Assembly: GCA_903949285.1 (NCBI GenBank)
Contig: CAJAYT010000015.1
Span: forward strand, 15,843-79,842
Source: an uncultured Burkholderiales bacterium
GTDB lineage: Bacteria; Pseudomonadota; Gammaproteobacteria; Burkholderiales; Burkholderiaceae_C
Reading direction: 5' to 3'
DNA: 64,000 nucleotides
Position 1 is the stretch's first letter, and the number at the start of each line of letters is the position of its first letter. A program made the position numbers and the translations under genes. This document shows positions 33,522 to 43,455 of the stretch, in pieces. Below the pieces are notes generated by a model. The model searched no databases. It was not told where the DNA came from and saw only the letters and a program-made list of their open reading frames with translations.

Positions 33522-34355
33522 ATGAACAAGTTGCCTATCACTCCCCTCGTCTCCCTCGTGGGTGCGGGACCTGGAGACCCTGAACTCTTAACTCTCAAAG
33601 CACTTAAAGTGTTGCAAAGTGCTGACGTCGTGCTTGTGGACGACTTGGTCAGTGAGGAGATTTGTGCTTTGATAAACGCACAAGCTAGAACTTTGTATGT
33701 GGGTAAGCGTGGGGGGTGCAAATCAACACCACAAGCTTTTATTGAAAAACTAATGATCCAAGAAGCTTTGAGCGGCAAACGGGTCGTTCGCCTCAAAGGC
33801 GGAGACCCATTTATCTTTGGTAGAGGTGGGGAAGAGGTCGAGAGTCTAAAACGCGCTGGCATTCAGGTGCAGGTCATCAACGGCATCACCTCTGGCTTAG
33901 CAGCAGTCAGCTCGCTTGGAGTAAGTTTGACCCATAGAGATCATGCTCACGGCGTAATCTTCTTGACTGGTCACCAACAATCCCAAAAAGTCCCCAAAGA
34001 CCCCGGCGCGCCACAACCCAAACAAAGGATGGACTGGTCTTTAATAGGAAAAACGGCGCATGCCACCAAATTGACCCTTGTTATTTACATGGGCATTAGG
34101 GGATCAAAAGAAATTGAACTAGGCCTACTAGAAAGTATGGACCCAAACACACCGGTCAGCATCATCCAAAATGCAACCCTACAAACACAGCGCAATACGC
34201 TCACAACCCTAAACCGTTTACACGCAACTATTGAGCTTGAGGCTATGGCCAGCCCCAGCGTCATAGTGATTGGTGATATTTTGAGAGGCCTAAGCGCTTA
34301 CCAACTTAACCAGGCCAGTCCATGCGAAAATAGCGGGCTAGTCGCAAACAAGTAA
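33522..34355 (+). CDS. cobA: Uroporphyrinogen-III C-methyltransferase (SUMT)
   Basis: LVGAGPGDPELLTLKA, YVGKRGG, RLKGGDPFIFGRGGEE and NGITS. Confidence 0.93.
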   Translation: MNKLPITPLVSLVGAGPGDPELLTLKALKVLQSADVVLVDDLVSEEICALINAQARTLYVGKRGGCKSTPQAFIEKLMIQEALSGKRVVRLKGGDPFIFGRGGEEVESLKRAGIQVQVINGITSGLAAVSSLGVSLTHRDHAHGVIFLTGHQQSQKVPKDPGAPQPKQRMDWSLIGKTAHATKLTLVIYMGIRGSKEIELGLLESMDPNTPVSIIQNATLQTQRNTLTTLNRLHATIELEAMASPSVIVIGDILRGLSAYQLNQASPCENSGLVANK

Positions 34356-34416
34356 GATGCGAGATGTGCATCTTTTATGTTAATTTGTGACAACAGGTAA
34401 TAAATAAGGATTAATA

Positions 34417-35521
34417 ATGGAAGTTGAAAGATTAAATCAAATCGGCACTAGCTTGGCTGATCTCACGCAAAGAACGCAAGAACTTCGGAGGTATCTTTGA
34501 CTTCGATGCTAAATCTGAACGTCTAAGAACTGTCAACGCGTCCCTTGAAGATCCAACTGTTTGGAACGATCCTAAGAAAGCCCAAGAGCTGGGTCGGGAG
34601 AAAAAAAGTTTAGAGGAAATAGTTTTAACCATCTCTCGCCTTGAGAGCGAGCTGAGCGATAACTCCGAGCTCTTTGAAATGTCTAAATCCGAGGATGACC
34701 AAGAGGGATTACTGACCATTGAAACTGAGACTAAGGTCCTCCAAGCCGATATCGAACGTCTTGAGTTCAGGCGGATGTTTAACAATCCCGCAGATCCAAG
34801 TCATGCGTTTTTAGACTTGCAAGCGGGTGCTGGAGGCACGGAAGCTTGTGATTGGGCGAGCATGCTTCTTCGTCAATATTTAAAGTACGCAGAACGAAAA
34901 GGCTTTAAAGCAACTGTTGAAGACGAAACCCCAGGAGATGTTGCAGGCATAAAGGGCGCAACGATCAAAATTGAAGGGGACTATGCGTTTGGACTACTCA
35001 GGACTGAGACAGGGGTGCACCGTCTTGTCCGCAAATCGCCCTTTGACTCTGCAGGTGGAAGACACACCAGCTTTGCGAGTGTATTTGTATACCCAGAAAT
35101 TGATGATTCAGTCGAAATTGATATCAACCCGGCGGATGTTCGCGTTGATACCTACCGTGCCAGTGGCGCAGGTGGGCAGCACATCAACAAAACAGACTCT
35201 GCTGTGCGCTTGACTCACATCCCAACCAACATTGTTGTGCAGTGCCAAGACAGTCGTAGTCAGCACTCAAACCGTGACGTGGCATGGAAACGCCTTCGCT
35301 CTAGGCTCTATGACTTTGAAATGCGTAAGCGTCTAGAAGTTCAACAAAAGCTAGAGGACACAAAAACAGATGTCGGCTGGGGCCATCAAATACGAAGCTA
35401 CGTGCTTGACCAAAGTCGCATTAAGGACTTAAGAACTAATGTAGAGATGTCAAACACTCAGCGCGTACTCGACGGCGACTTGGATGTCTTCATTGAAGCT
35501 TCGCTAAAACAAGGCGTTTAA
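34417..35521 (+). CDS. prfB: Peptide chain release factor 2, with a programmed +1 frameshift
   Basis: ATG 34417 (after AAGGA) reads [10 protein letters not shown]...RRYL to CTT TGA C at 34495-34501, preceded by the internal SD GGAGGT. The +1 frame continues with SPF and GGQ motifs. The ORF track shows only the distal part. Confidence 0.97.
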
Positions 35522-35586
35522 AGTTAAATCACTTTATTTGAAAATTTCAAATAAATTAAGCAAAAAATTATGGACGGAGTTTAGAA

Positions 35587-38259
35587 ATGTATCGTGAAGG
35601 CGCCTCACCTCTCATCAAAAGAGAGAATTACACAGCACCCGCATTTTGGATAGATACGGTTGAGTTGACTTTTGACTTAGATTCGCAAAAAACGCGTGTT
35701 TTAAACAAAATGCGGGTCAGAAAAAATCCAGATTCGAAAGATTCAACCTTACGTCTTGACGGTCAAGAATTGAGCCTATCGCGTGTCTTGGTTAACGGTG
35801 CGGGTAGCAGTTTCAAGAACGAAGGAAACCAACTCATACTGGAGAATCTGCCCGAGGATGCGAGTGGATTTGATCTTGAAATCTTCACCATCTGCAACCC
35901 TATTAAAAACACGCAACTCTCGGGTCTGTACGTTAGCAACGAGTCATTTTTTACACAGTGCGAGGCCGAGGGCTTCAGGCGCATTACCTACTTTCAGGAT
36001 CGCCCTGATGTGATGGCTAGTTTTACCGTGACTTTAAAGGCCGATAAAAAAGCATATCCAGTTCTCCTCTCCAACGGCAATCTGGTTGAAAGTGGCGCAC
36101 TCGAGGATGGACGTCATTTTGCAAAGTGGGTAGACCCCCATAAAAAACCGTGTTATTTATTCGCACTCGTAGCGGGAAGACTGGTTGCGCGAGAGCAATC
36201 GATTGTCTCGCGCGCAGGCAATAAGCATCTACTACAAATTTATGTTCGACCTGGCGACCTAGATAAAACAGAGCATGCTATGAAATCCCTCATGGCGAGT
36301 ATCGCTTGGGATGAGGCTCGCTTTGGACTCACGCTTGATTTGGAACGTTTCATGATCGTCGCCACATCCGACTTTAATATGGGCGCGATGGAAAATAAAG
36401 GGCTAAACATCTTTAACACAAAGTATGTACTGGCGTCACAAGCAACTGCTACGGATTCGGATTTCTCAAATATTGAGAGCGTTGTTGGACACGAATATTT
36501 TCACAACTGGACAGGTAACAGAATTACTTGTCGCGACTGGTTCCAGCTTTCACTAAAAGAAGGACTTACCGTTTTTAGGGACCAAGAATTTAGTCAAGAC
36601 TTGGCTGGTAATGTTTCCGCTAAAGCGGTAAAGAGAATTGAGGATGTAAGACTTCTAAGGACCTTGCAGTTTGCGGAGGATGCAGGTCCTATGGCGCATC
36701 CCGTTAGACCCGATAGTTATGTGGAGATTAACAATTTTTACACTGTCACCGTTTACGAAAAAGGTGCTGAAGTTGTTCGTATGATGCAAACTTTAGTAGG
36801 TCGTGAGGGATTTACTAAAGGCATGGAGCTTTATTTCAAACGTCACGATGGTCAAGCAGTGACCTGCGATGATTTTGCAAATGCAATTGCAGATGCATCG
36901 CCAAGTTCTGCACTCAAAGAGCACCTGGAACAGTTTAAGCGCTGGTACTCGCAAGCAGGAACACCTGTTGTGAAGGCCACTTCGAGCTATGACAGCGCGT
37001 CACAAAAGTACTCACTCACTCTATCCCAGTCCTGCCCAGCTACAGCTGGTCAACCTCACAAAGAACCTTTTGTTATTCCAGTCTCCGTCGGCTTGATCAG
37101 CGCTGAGGGACTTCAGCTCAAGGACACTCAGTTATGTGTTTTGACACAATCCGAACAAACCTTCGAGTTTGAAGGGATTACAAGCGATCCGGTGCCCTCT
37201 TTATTCAGGAATTTTAGTGCGCCCGTTATTTTGAGTAATGATTTGAGCCCCAAACAACTGCTCACTTTGTTGGCGCATGACACAGACCCATTTAACCAGT
37301 GGGACGCGGCTCAAAGGCTTTGCGTTGACACGGCTCTAAGCGCAATTCAAGCCCATGATTTACCAAGGCAAATCGTCAGCCATGACTTAATAGAAGGACT
37401 TAGATCCGTATTACGCAGTGATCATTTAGACGCGGCTTTTAAGGAGGTTGTACTCACTCTTCCTAGCGAGAGTTACTTAGCCGAACAACTGAACGAACTC
37501 GATCCCGTAAAAGTTCATTCAGTGAGAGAAAAGATGCGCGAGGAAATTGCGCTCGCTTTGTTTGCTGACTGGGAGTGGGCGTATCACTCCAACCGTCAGA
37601 CGGGCGCATATTCACCAGACCCTTTGAGTAGCGGCAAACGAGCTCTCAGCGGATTGGCGTTATCACAGCTTTGCTTAGCCGTGAGTTTGGACACCAACGG
37701 TTCAACCGCACAACGTGATAACTGGGCGAAGATAGCTTTGGATGATTTTGAGCACGCTGACAATATGACACAGCGCATGAACGCGCTCAATGCGCTGATA
37801 AGTTGTGGTCACCCGCAAGCCAAATACGCACTCGAGGTGTTCTACAAACTCTTCAAGAACGACCCATTGGTGATGGATAAATGGTTTGCAATCCAAGCAA
37901 GCGCTAACTCTCGGGGCGGTGACTTGCTGGCTAAAGTTCGCACCCTCATGCTACATAGCGATTTTGAGATCAAAAACCCTAACAGGGCACGCGCTCTCAT
38001 ATTTAGTTACTGTATTGCAAACCCCTCTGCTTTTCACAGAACCGATGCATCAGGGTACGTTTTTTGGAGCGAACGGGTTTTAGAAATTGATGCGTTTAAT
38101 TCGCAAGTTGCAGCGAGACTTGCTAGAGCACTGGACCGTTGGAAAAAACTAGTTGAGCCCTATAGGACTGCTGCATACGAAGCTTTAAAGCGTGTCTCAG
38201 CCAAGCCCGATCTAAGTAACGATGTGCGCGAAGTATTGACTCGTGCACTAGCAGATTAA
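35587..38259 (+). CDS. pepN: Aminopeptidase N (M1 family)
   Basis: TQCEAEGFRRIT, GAMENKG, HEYFH..LKE zinc motif and YTVTVYEKG. Confidence 0.96.
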   Translation: MYREGASPLIKRENYTAPAFWIDTVELTFDLDSQKTRVLNKMRVRKNPDSKDSTLRLDGQELSLSRVLVNGAGSSFKNEGNQLILENLPEDASGFDLEIFTICNPIKNTQLSGLYVSNESFFTQCEAEGFRRITYFQDRPDVMASFTVTLKADKKAYPVLLSNGNLVESGALEDGRHFAKWVDPHKKPCYLFALVAGRLVAREQSIVSRAGNKHLLQIYVRPGDLDKTEHAMKSLMASIAWDEARFGLTLDLERFMIVATSDFNMGAMENKGLNIFNTKYVLASQATATDSDFSNIESVVGHEYFHNWTGNRITCRDWFQLSLKEGLTVFRDQEFSQDLAGNVSAKAVKRIEDVRLLRTLQFAEDAGPMAHPVRPDSYVEINNFYTVTVYEKGAEVVRMMQTLVGREGFTKGMELYFKRHDGQAVTCDDFANAIADASPSSALKEHLEQFKRWYSQAGTPVVKATSSYDSASQKYSLTLSQSCPATAGQPHKEPFVIPVSVGLISAEGLQLKDTQLCVLTQSEQTFEFEGITSDPVPSLFRNFSAPVILSNDLSPKQLLTLLAHDTDPFNQWDAAQRLCVDTALSAIQAHDLPRQIVSHDLIEGLRSVLRSDHLDAAFKEVVLTLPSESYLAEQLNELDPVKVHSVREKMREEIALALFADWEWAYHSNRQTGAYSPDPLSSGKRALSGLALSQLCLAVSLDTNGSTAQRDNWAKIALDDFEHADNMTQRMNALNALISCGHPQAKYALEVFYKLFKNDPLVMDKWFAIQASANSRGGDLLAKVRTLMLHSDFEIKNPNRARALIFSYCIANPSAFHRTDASGYVFWSERVLEIDAFNSQVAARLARALDRWKKLVEPYRTAAYEALKRVSAKPDLSNDVREVLTRALAD

Positions 38260-38345
38260 GCATGGATTGGTAACACCTATTATTTTGCTTAACAAATTCA
38301 AGACTTTACCGAATACTTACCCCATTTAAACGGAGCCCCAGCAAT

Positions 38346-39347
38346 ATGACAATTTCTTTATCCCGCTTTCTTGTCGAGCAACAACGTGAAAAGGGGCACA
38401 TTCCTCCAGAGCTTAGACTTCTTTTAGAAGTGGTTGCCAGGGCATGCAAAAGCATCAGCCACGCCGTTAACAAGGGTGCGTTGGGCGGAGTTCTTGGGAG
38501 CGCTGGGAGCGAGAACGTTCAAGGAGAAGTTCAAAAGAAACTAGACATTATTGCTAACGAGGTGTTGATTGAAGCCAATGAATGGGGTGGTCATTTGGCA
38601 GCCATGGCCTCAGAGGAGATGGAGACTATTTATCTCGTGCCCAATCGTTACCCTAAAGGTGAATATCTCTTAACGTTTGATCCACTGGATGGATCCAGCA
38701 ACATTGATGTGAACGTGAGTATTGGAACCATCTTCAGTGTGCTCAAAAAACCAGAGGGAAGCTCAGGGGTTAGTGAGGCTGATTTTCTTCAAAAAGGAAG
38801 TGCTCAAGTCGCAGCAGGTTACTGCGTTTACGGTCCTCAAACAACACTTGTATTGACTGTTGGGGACGGGGTGAATATGTTTACACTTGACCGTGAACAA
38901 GGATCCTTTGTGTTGACCCATGAAAACGTTCAAATTCCTGCAGACACAAAAGAGTTTGCAATCAACATGAGCAATATGCGTCACTGGGATACTCCAGTGA
39001 AACGTTATATTGATGAATGCTTGGAAGGTAAGGAAGGCGTTCGCGGCAAGGATTTCAATATGCGTTGGATTGCCAGTATGGTCGCCGATGTTCACCGCAT
39101 CCTGACTCGCGGTGGTGTTTTCATGTACCCATGGGATAAGAGAGAACCCAACAAGCCAGGCAAGCTGCGCTTGATGTATGAGGCCAATCCCATGAGTTGG
39201 ATTGTTGAGCAGGCCGGTGGTGCATCCACCAATGGTCACCAAAGAATTCTAGACCTTCAGCCTAAAACTCTGCATGAACGAGTGAGTGTTGTACTAGGTT
39301 CAAAGAATGAAGTTGATTTAATTACCAAGTATCACCATACGTCGTAA
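38346..39347 (+). CDS. fbp: Class 1 fructose-1,6-bisphosphatase
   Basis: [23 protein letters not shown] and [11 protein letters not shown]. Confidence 0.96.
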   Translation: MTISLSRFLVEQQREKGHIPPELRLLLEVVARACKSISHAVNKGALGGVLGSAGSENVQGEVQKKLDIIANEVLIEANEWGGHLAAMASEEMETIYLVPNRYPKGEYLLTFDPLDGSSNIDVNVSIGTIFSVLKKPEGSSGVSEADFLQKGSAQVAAGYCVYGPQTTLVLTVGDGVNMFTLDREQGSFVLTHENVQIPADTKEFAINMSNMRHWDTPVKRYIDECLEGKEGVRGKDFNMRWIASMVADVHRILTRGGVFMYPWDKREPNKPGKLRLMYEANPMSWIVEQAGGASTNGHQRILDLQPKTLHERVSVVLGSKNEVDLITKYHHTS

Positions 39348-39545
39348 ATTTTTACAAACTCTCACCAATCCAATTCAAATTTCACCTTTTACCCAGTCGA
39401 CGCGCTGAGTCAAAACGGTGTTTGTTCAATTAATGGACTTGGCAGTCAAACTACTAATGTAGCTTGATTGACAAAAGTCTTAGCACCCCATCAGAGATCA
39501 AACCACTAGGTTTTGATTTTATTGTGCAAATATGGAAACCTATTA

Positions 39546-39857
39546 ATGGTAACTAGCAAGAAAAAATTTGACTCTCACCTCAAAGAATTCGAAGAGGCAC
39601 TGCGTATTTCAATTGAGCAAAATTTGCGCGGTAAGTTTGAAAGCTTACAAGCGCCCAATGAACTACTAACTCGGCGAAGAGGCAGGCCACAAGGTACTAC
39701 CAAGCAAAATCCCAAAGTCTCAACAACAATTAGGTTATCACCGGAAGTTATTTCAGCATTCAAATCTACTGGTACTGGATGGCAAACTCGTATTGATGCC
39801 GCCCTCAAGGATTGGTTGATACAACATCCACCCAAAAAATCGCTATCTAAAATTTGA
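39546..39857 (+). CDS. BrnA-like antitoxin (C-terminal ribbon-helix-helix), no cognate toxin upstream
   Basis: RRGRPQGTTK..KVSTTIRLSPEVISAFKSTGTGWQTRIDAAL matches the BrnA/DUF4415 pattern. Start moved to ATG 39546. Confidence 0.85.
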   Translation: MVTSKKKFDSHLKEFEEALRISIEQNLRGKFESLQAPNELLTRRRGRPQGTTKQNPKVSTTIRLSPEVISAFKSTGTGWQTRIDAALKDWLIQHPPKKSLSKI

Positions 39858-40226
39858 ATTACTTGCGCACTACTTTTTAATAGCGTATCGTCAATAGATA
39901 GAACAAATGACTGGGTTTTAGTAAAACTACAATGCCTAGATCTTATTAAAGATTTTTTGAGTTCAGCAGTCTACTATGGTAATCTAACGAGCTAATCAAC
40001 TGAACCAAGGAAAGTTACGGCAGCTAAAGGTTCGATCGTGATTTTCAAATCAAAATAAGAATACTTCTCCGAACAAGACTTCACAAAAATTAACTGCTGC
40101 GAACATGCTGACCAAGTAACATCAAATAAAGTCAACTACAGCGTTTTACGCCGCACTTAATTTAACAAATTAAACTAAATCTTGAAACGGAAAAGGCAAG
40201 GGCTATTGTCGATTATTGAATAACTT

Positions 40227-40568
40227 TCAAGCATTACCGGCTGCTTTTTTGAGCGCTTTTTCTAATTGGTTGTAGTACTTATCGGCTTTTGCCGTAAGGC
40301 TTACGTACTTAGTTCGCCTGTTATCACCATGGTGGCTTGTTTCAATGAAACCCAATTTTATTAAATTCAAAAACTTTTTATGCAAAGTCACATGAGAACC
40401 AATGCTATCGAGCACTAATAGGTCACCAACTGTAATTGTAAGATTTTGGGAGGTGCGTATAGCTATTTCATCCAATAATTGCTTACTGGTTTGATCTAAT
40501 TCAGGGTAGTCCAAAGCTTGCAACGCATGTTTGGCTCGAATTATGAAGTTAACGTATGAATTTGTCAT
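40227..40568 (-). CDS. Winged helix-turn-helix protein, MarR-like
   Basis: 113 aa with a predicted HTH (TVGDLL..SHVTLHKKFLNLIKLGFI) and a wing GDNRRTKYVSLT like the MarR D-x-R..LT motif. Confidence 0.7.
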   Translation of the reverse strand: MTNSYVNFIIRAKHALQALDYPELDQTSKQLLDEIAIRTSQNLTITVGDLLVLDSIGSHVTLHKKFLNLIKLGFIETSHHGDNRRTKYVSLTAKADKYYNQLEKALKKAAGNA

Positions 40569-41137
40569 TCATTTCTAAAGTAGGTTTTATACATAATTAT
40601 AAGGAAATGCGCAATGGCCACAACCAAAAAACAACCCGTAAAGTCTCCTACGACCATAGCCATGCTTTTAGCCCAATATTCATTCGGTTGAGTTATGCCA
40701 AGGGCTATATAAAACAAGTTGTGAACAAATCCATTCACCATACTCGCAGTCAAGCTCAAAACCACAATATGTATATATTTTAGATTAGCCAGATCCGCCT
40801 GTATACGAAGCAATGGAGCAATCACATAAACTGCGAACATATAGCTACCAACACTGGGTATTGTGAATAACACAAATTCTAGTGTATGAAGAGTAGTTAC
40901 ACTATCCCAAGCATCATAAGCTAGCAGGACACTTGCTAAAAAGATACCTAAAACCGCTGGTAATCGACCTACCAAAATACACAAAAGCTTAACTCCCGCG
41001 GGTAAAAATACCATGCTGACTCCGGCACTAAATAGAACCCAGGAGTTAAAAAACTCATTCACCTTGAATGATAAAGCGAATGCAATATAGCTAACAATCG
41101 CAATAACAACATCAAAAGAATCTAATTTATAAGGCAT
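40565..41137 (-). CDS. Stand-alone MASE1-like integral membrane protein
   Basis: 190 aa with about 5-6 hydrophobic segments; FLPAG and GDFTG resemble MASE1 motifs; ATGA overlap with the wHTH gene. Confidence 0.6.
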   Translation of the reverse strand: MPYKLDSFDVVIAIVSYIAFALSFKVNEFFNSWVLFSAGVSMVFLPAGVKLLCILVGRLPAVLGIFLASVLLAYDAWDSVTTLHTLEFVLFTIPSVGSYMFAVYVIAPLLRIQADLANLKYIHIVVLSLTASMVNGFVHNLFYIALGITQPNEYWAKSMAMVVGDFTGCFLVVAIAHFLIIMYKTYFRNE

Positions 41138-41141
41138 AAAA

Positions 41142-41182
41142 AAGTTGTATTTTTTAGTAATTAATTAATTTTAATACAACTT
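41142..41182. promoter_or_regulatory. Candidate operator: perfect 10-bp inverted repeat in a divergent promoter
   Basis: AAGTTGTATT (41142-41151), 21-nt spacer containing AATTAATTAATT, AATACAACTT (41173-41182). Confidence 0.5.
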
Positions 41183-41232
41183 ATATTAATAGTTATATAA
41201 TTTTTAATTATTAAACAATAAAGAACTAATAA

Positions 41233-42993
41233 ATGAAAAGAATACTAATAGCCATTATTCTGATAACAACATCGATTGCATTCGTAGCATGCGGTGGTGG
41301 TGGAGGCGGTGGCGGTTCGCCTAGTCAGAGTACGACTATTGGTGGAACTGCCGCCACAGGGGCACCCATTGCAACGGGCACGATTACGGTGACTGATATT
41401 CATGGAGTAACAACCACCGGAACAGTTGGTGTTTCCGGCTCATTTTCCATAGATCCTAGTGGACTCACCGCTCCTTTGTTAATAAAATTAGATGGGGTTA
41501 CCGCGGTTGGTTCACCTATAACCTTATATTCAACTGTTGCAAGTTTTTCAACTGGTTCGATAAATACCTCAAACATTACTCCGCTTACTGATGCAATAGT
41601 AAGACTAATTGCAGGAACAGGAAATTCAGTTAGTCCAGCATCCGTATTACCACTTGTAACGCAATCTACAATTAATCAAGCCAATAATGTCCTTACAGGT
41701 GTCCTTAGTAATGCACTTAGTCAAGCCGGCGTTTCCTCAAACTCCAATTTTATTACGACATCGTTTGCACCAAATGGAACTGGAATCGACTTCCTTTTAG
41801 ATGGAACAAAAGTAGTTCAAAATGTTCAACTAAGTAGCCTAGAAATTCAAAATGCCTTTACAAGTGGAAGTGCATCCATTAGCGCATCACAAGGAGGACT
41901 AAGTCAAGGACCAACTATTACTGGTTCCTTGCAAGCTGTTGCTAACCTATCAAGCACCCAATTAGCTCAAATCACACAAGTTACAAATGCTTTTGATATA
42001 GATTTTAGTAACGGTGATCTTCAAAGTATTTTGAGTATTTCTTCGCCTAATTTTTTGCAGGACGGAATGAATGCACATGATTTTTGGAGTAATTTACTCC
42101 AAACAACTGGCTGGGGAACTGCTGTAATTAATACTGTAGCAAACATAGAGTCGTGCTCTTCAAATTTAACTTGTAATGTCTCTTTTAGATTTACATCCAC
42201 CACGCACGAGCCATTCAGTATGTACTCGTACTCAGGCATGCCTTATTATTTTTTCACCCAAATTGTTTGGGATGCCACAACAAATAAATGGCTACTGTAT
42301 GGTCGACAAAACCACGTTCAATCCACTGTCACTTACCTCATTAATCAGACAAATCAATACCTTCAGTCCAGCATTGCTTATGGTACACCGACGGCGTCTT
42401 ATTTAATTGATATTAACCAAACTGGATCAGTCGCAGGAATCACCAGCGTTGATGTATTTGTAAATAATATAAATATCGGAACCTTAAATGGTTCATCCTT
42501 TTCGTCAAATCTATCGATAAGCGATACCACTGTAGCTTCGTTATTAAACGTATCGCAGGTTGGCGCAAACACCGTTGTACTCAAGATTTACAAGGGCTCG
42601 ACTTTATTCGAAACTCAAACACATTACGGAGTTGGCCTCCCTCTCACTTCAGGCTATGTTTCAAATACACCCATCATGACTCTAACTTCAGACAGTTTAA
42701 ATGCACTCAGATCGTATAACGGGGCTACGTCACACTTAAATTTATTTCTAACACCTAATGGTACAACTACATTTGGATTTAGATCCTACAATTACCTAGG
42801 TACAACTGGCATCCCTTTTGTTCCTAGCAGTGGATACACTCAAATTAACGTTGACTTCATAATGTCGCAACTATCAAGCATCCTACCATCTCAAGCACAA
42901 GCCTCACGCAGTTATGGTATTTGGGGATTTGATCCAAACGGACGATTTGAATATGTTCAGTACAACGGGTGTAATTTTTCTGTTTGCCAGTAA
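41233..42993 (+). CDS. Large Ser/Thr/Gly/Asn-rich predicted outer-membrane lipoprotein (adhesin-like, function unknown)
   Basis: Signal MKRILIAIILITTSIA, lipobox FVAC, Gly8 linker and beta-rich GTAATGAPIA..ITVTD module; few charged residues. Confidence 0.75.
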   Translation: MKRILIAIILITTSIAFVACGGGGGGGGSPSQSTTIGGTAATGAPIATGTITVTDIHGVTTTGTVGVSGSFSIDPSGLTAPLLIKLDGVTAVGSPITLYSTVASFSTGSINTSNITPLTDAIVRLIAGTGNSVSPASVLPLVTQSTINQANNVLTGVLSNALSQAGVSSNSNFITTSFAPNGTGIDFLLDGTKVVQNVQLSSLEIQNAFTSGSASISASQGGLSQGPTITGSLQAVANLSSTQLAQITQVTNAFDIDFSNGDLQSILSISSPNFLQDGMNAHDFWSNLLQTTGWGTAVINTVANIESCSSNLTCNVSFRFTSTTHEPFSMYSYSGMPYYFFTQIVWDATTNKWLLYGRQNHVQSTVTYLINQTNQYLQSSIAYGTPTASYLIDINQTGSVAGITSVDVFVNNINIGTLNGSSFSSNLSISDTTVASLLNVSQVGANTVVLKIYKGSTLFETQTHYGVGLPLTSGYVSNTPIMTLTSDSLNALRSYNGATSHLNLFLTPNGTTTFGFRSYNYLGTTGIPFVPSSGYTQINVDFIMSQLSSILPSQAQASRSYGIWGFDPNGRFEYVQYNGCNFSVCQ

Positions 42994-43429
42994 AAGCAAT
43001 GTTTACAAAAATTTATCTTCACTTTAGAAATTCATTCATGTGATTTTTTTCATGAAGATAAGTTGATTTACACCTGAACTACAAAGCACTCTGTCAATTC
43101 AGATTTACTCACGTGCTTATTCTTGCCGTATAGATTTTCGTAACTATTCTCGCAAATAATCGAATACACAAGCTAGTAGTAACGTTTCAAATATTCTATT
43201 TTCTAAGCACTGTTTTTAATGATGCTGGCTCATCCAGCAAAATGAATTCATGGCTTTCATGAAATTTTCGGCTTAATAGCCACTTCTTATTAGCGCAAGA
43301 AATTCTAGGGCAATCGGAACAATTTAGGATCCGTATTAGCTTTCAAAGCTTAAACAATGTCCCGTAAAGCCACTGCTCAAGCAACTGTTAGACATATTTA
43401 GACTACCTTATACTTGGAGCAACCAGAAC

Positions 43430-43455
43430 TGCGGTAGAAATGCGGTAGAAATGCG
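43430..43455 (+). repeat. Tandem 11-mer TGCGGTAGAAA x2.4 just beyond the tRNA-Thr 3' end
   Basis: Read directly: tgcggtagaaa tgcggtagaaa tgcg, ending 22 nt from the tRNA CCA. Confidence 0.85.

Noticed and set aside
39458-39556. Possible toxin remnant overlapping the antitoxin start (..FDFIVQIWKPINGN*)
   Set aside because: About 30 codons, with no BrnT or RelE-like motif.
39885-40160. Frame of about 90 codons with two internal stops, a possible pseudogene in the islet
   Set aside because: The stop density is what random AT-rich DNA would give, and I recognised no family.
39348-40226. Second att copy (duplicated tRNA-Thr 3' end) at the far islet boundary
   Set aside because: No match longer than about 6-7 nt was found by eye, so the left boundary is undefined.
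43262-43366. Short frame ..FLLAQEILGQSEQ.. faintly like the tyrosine-integrase QELLGHS box
   Set aside because: Only about 34 codons between stops, the catalytic His is absent and no other integrase motif is in frame. It would need a translated HMM search to rescue.
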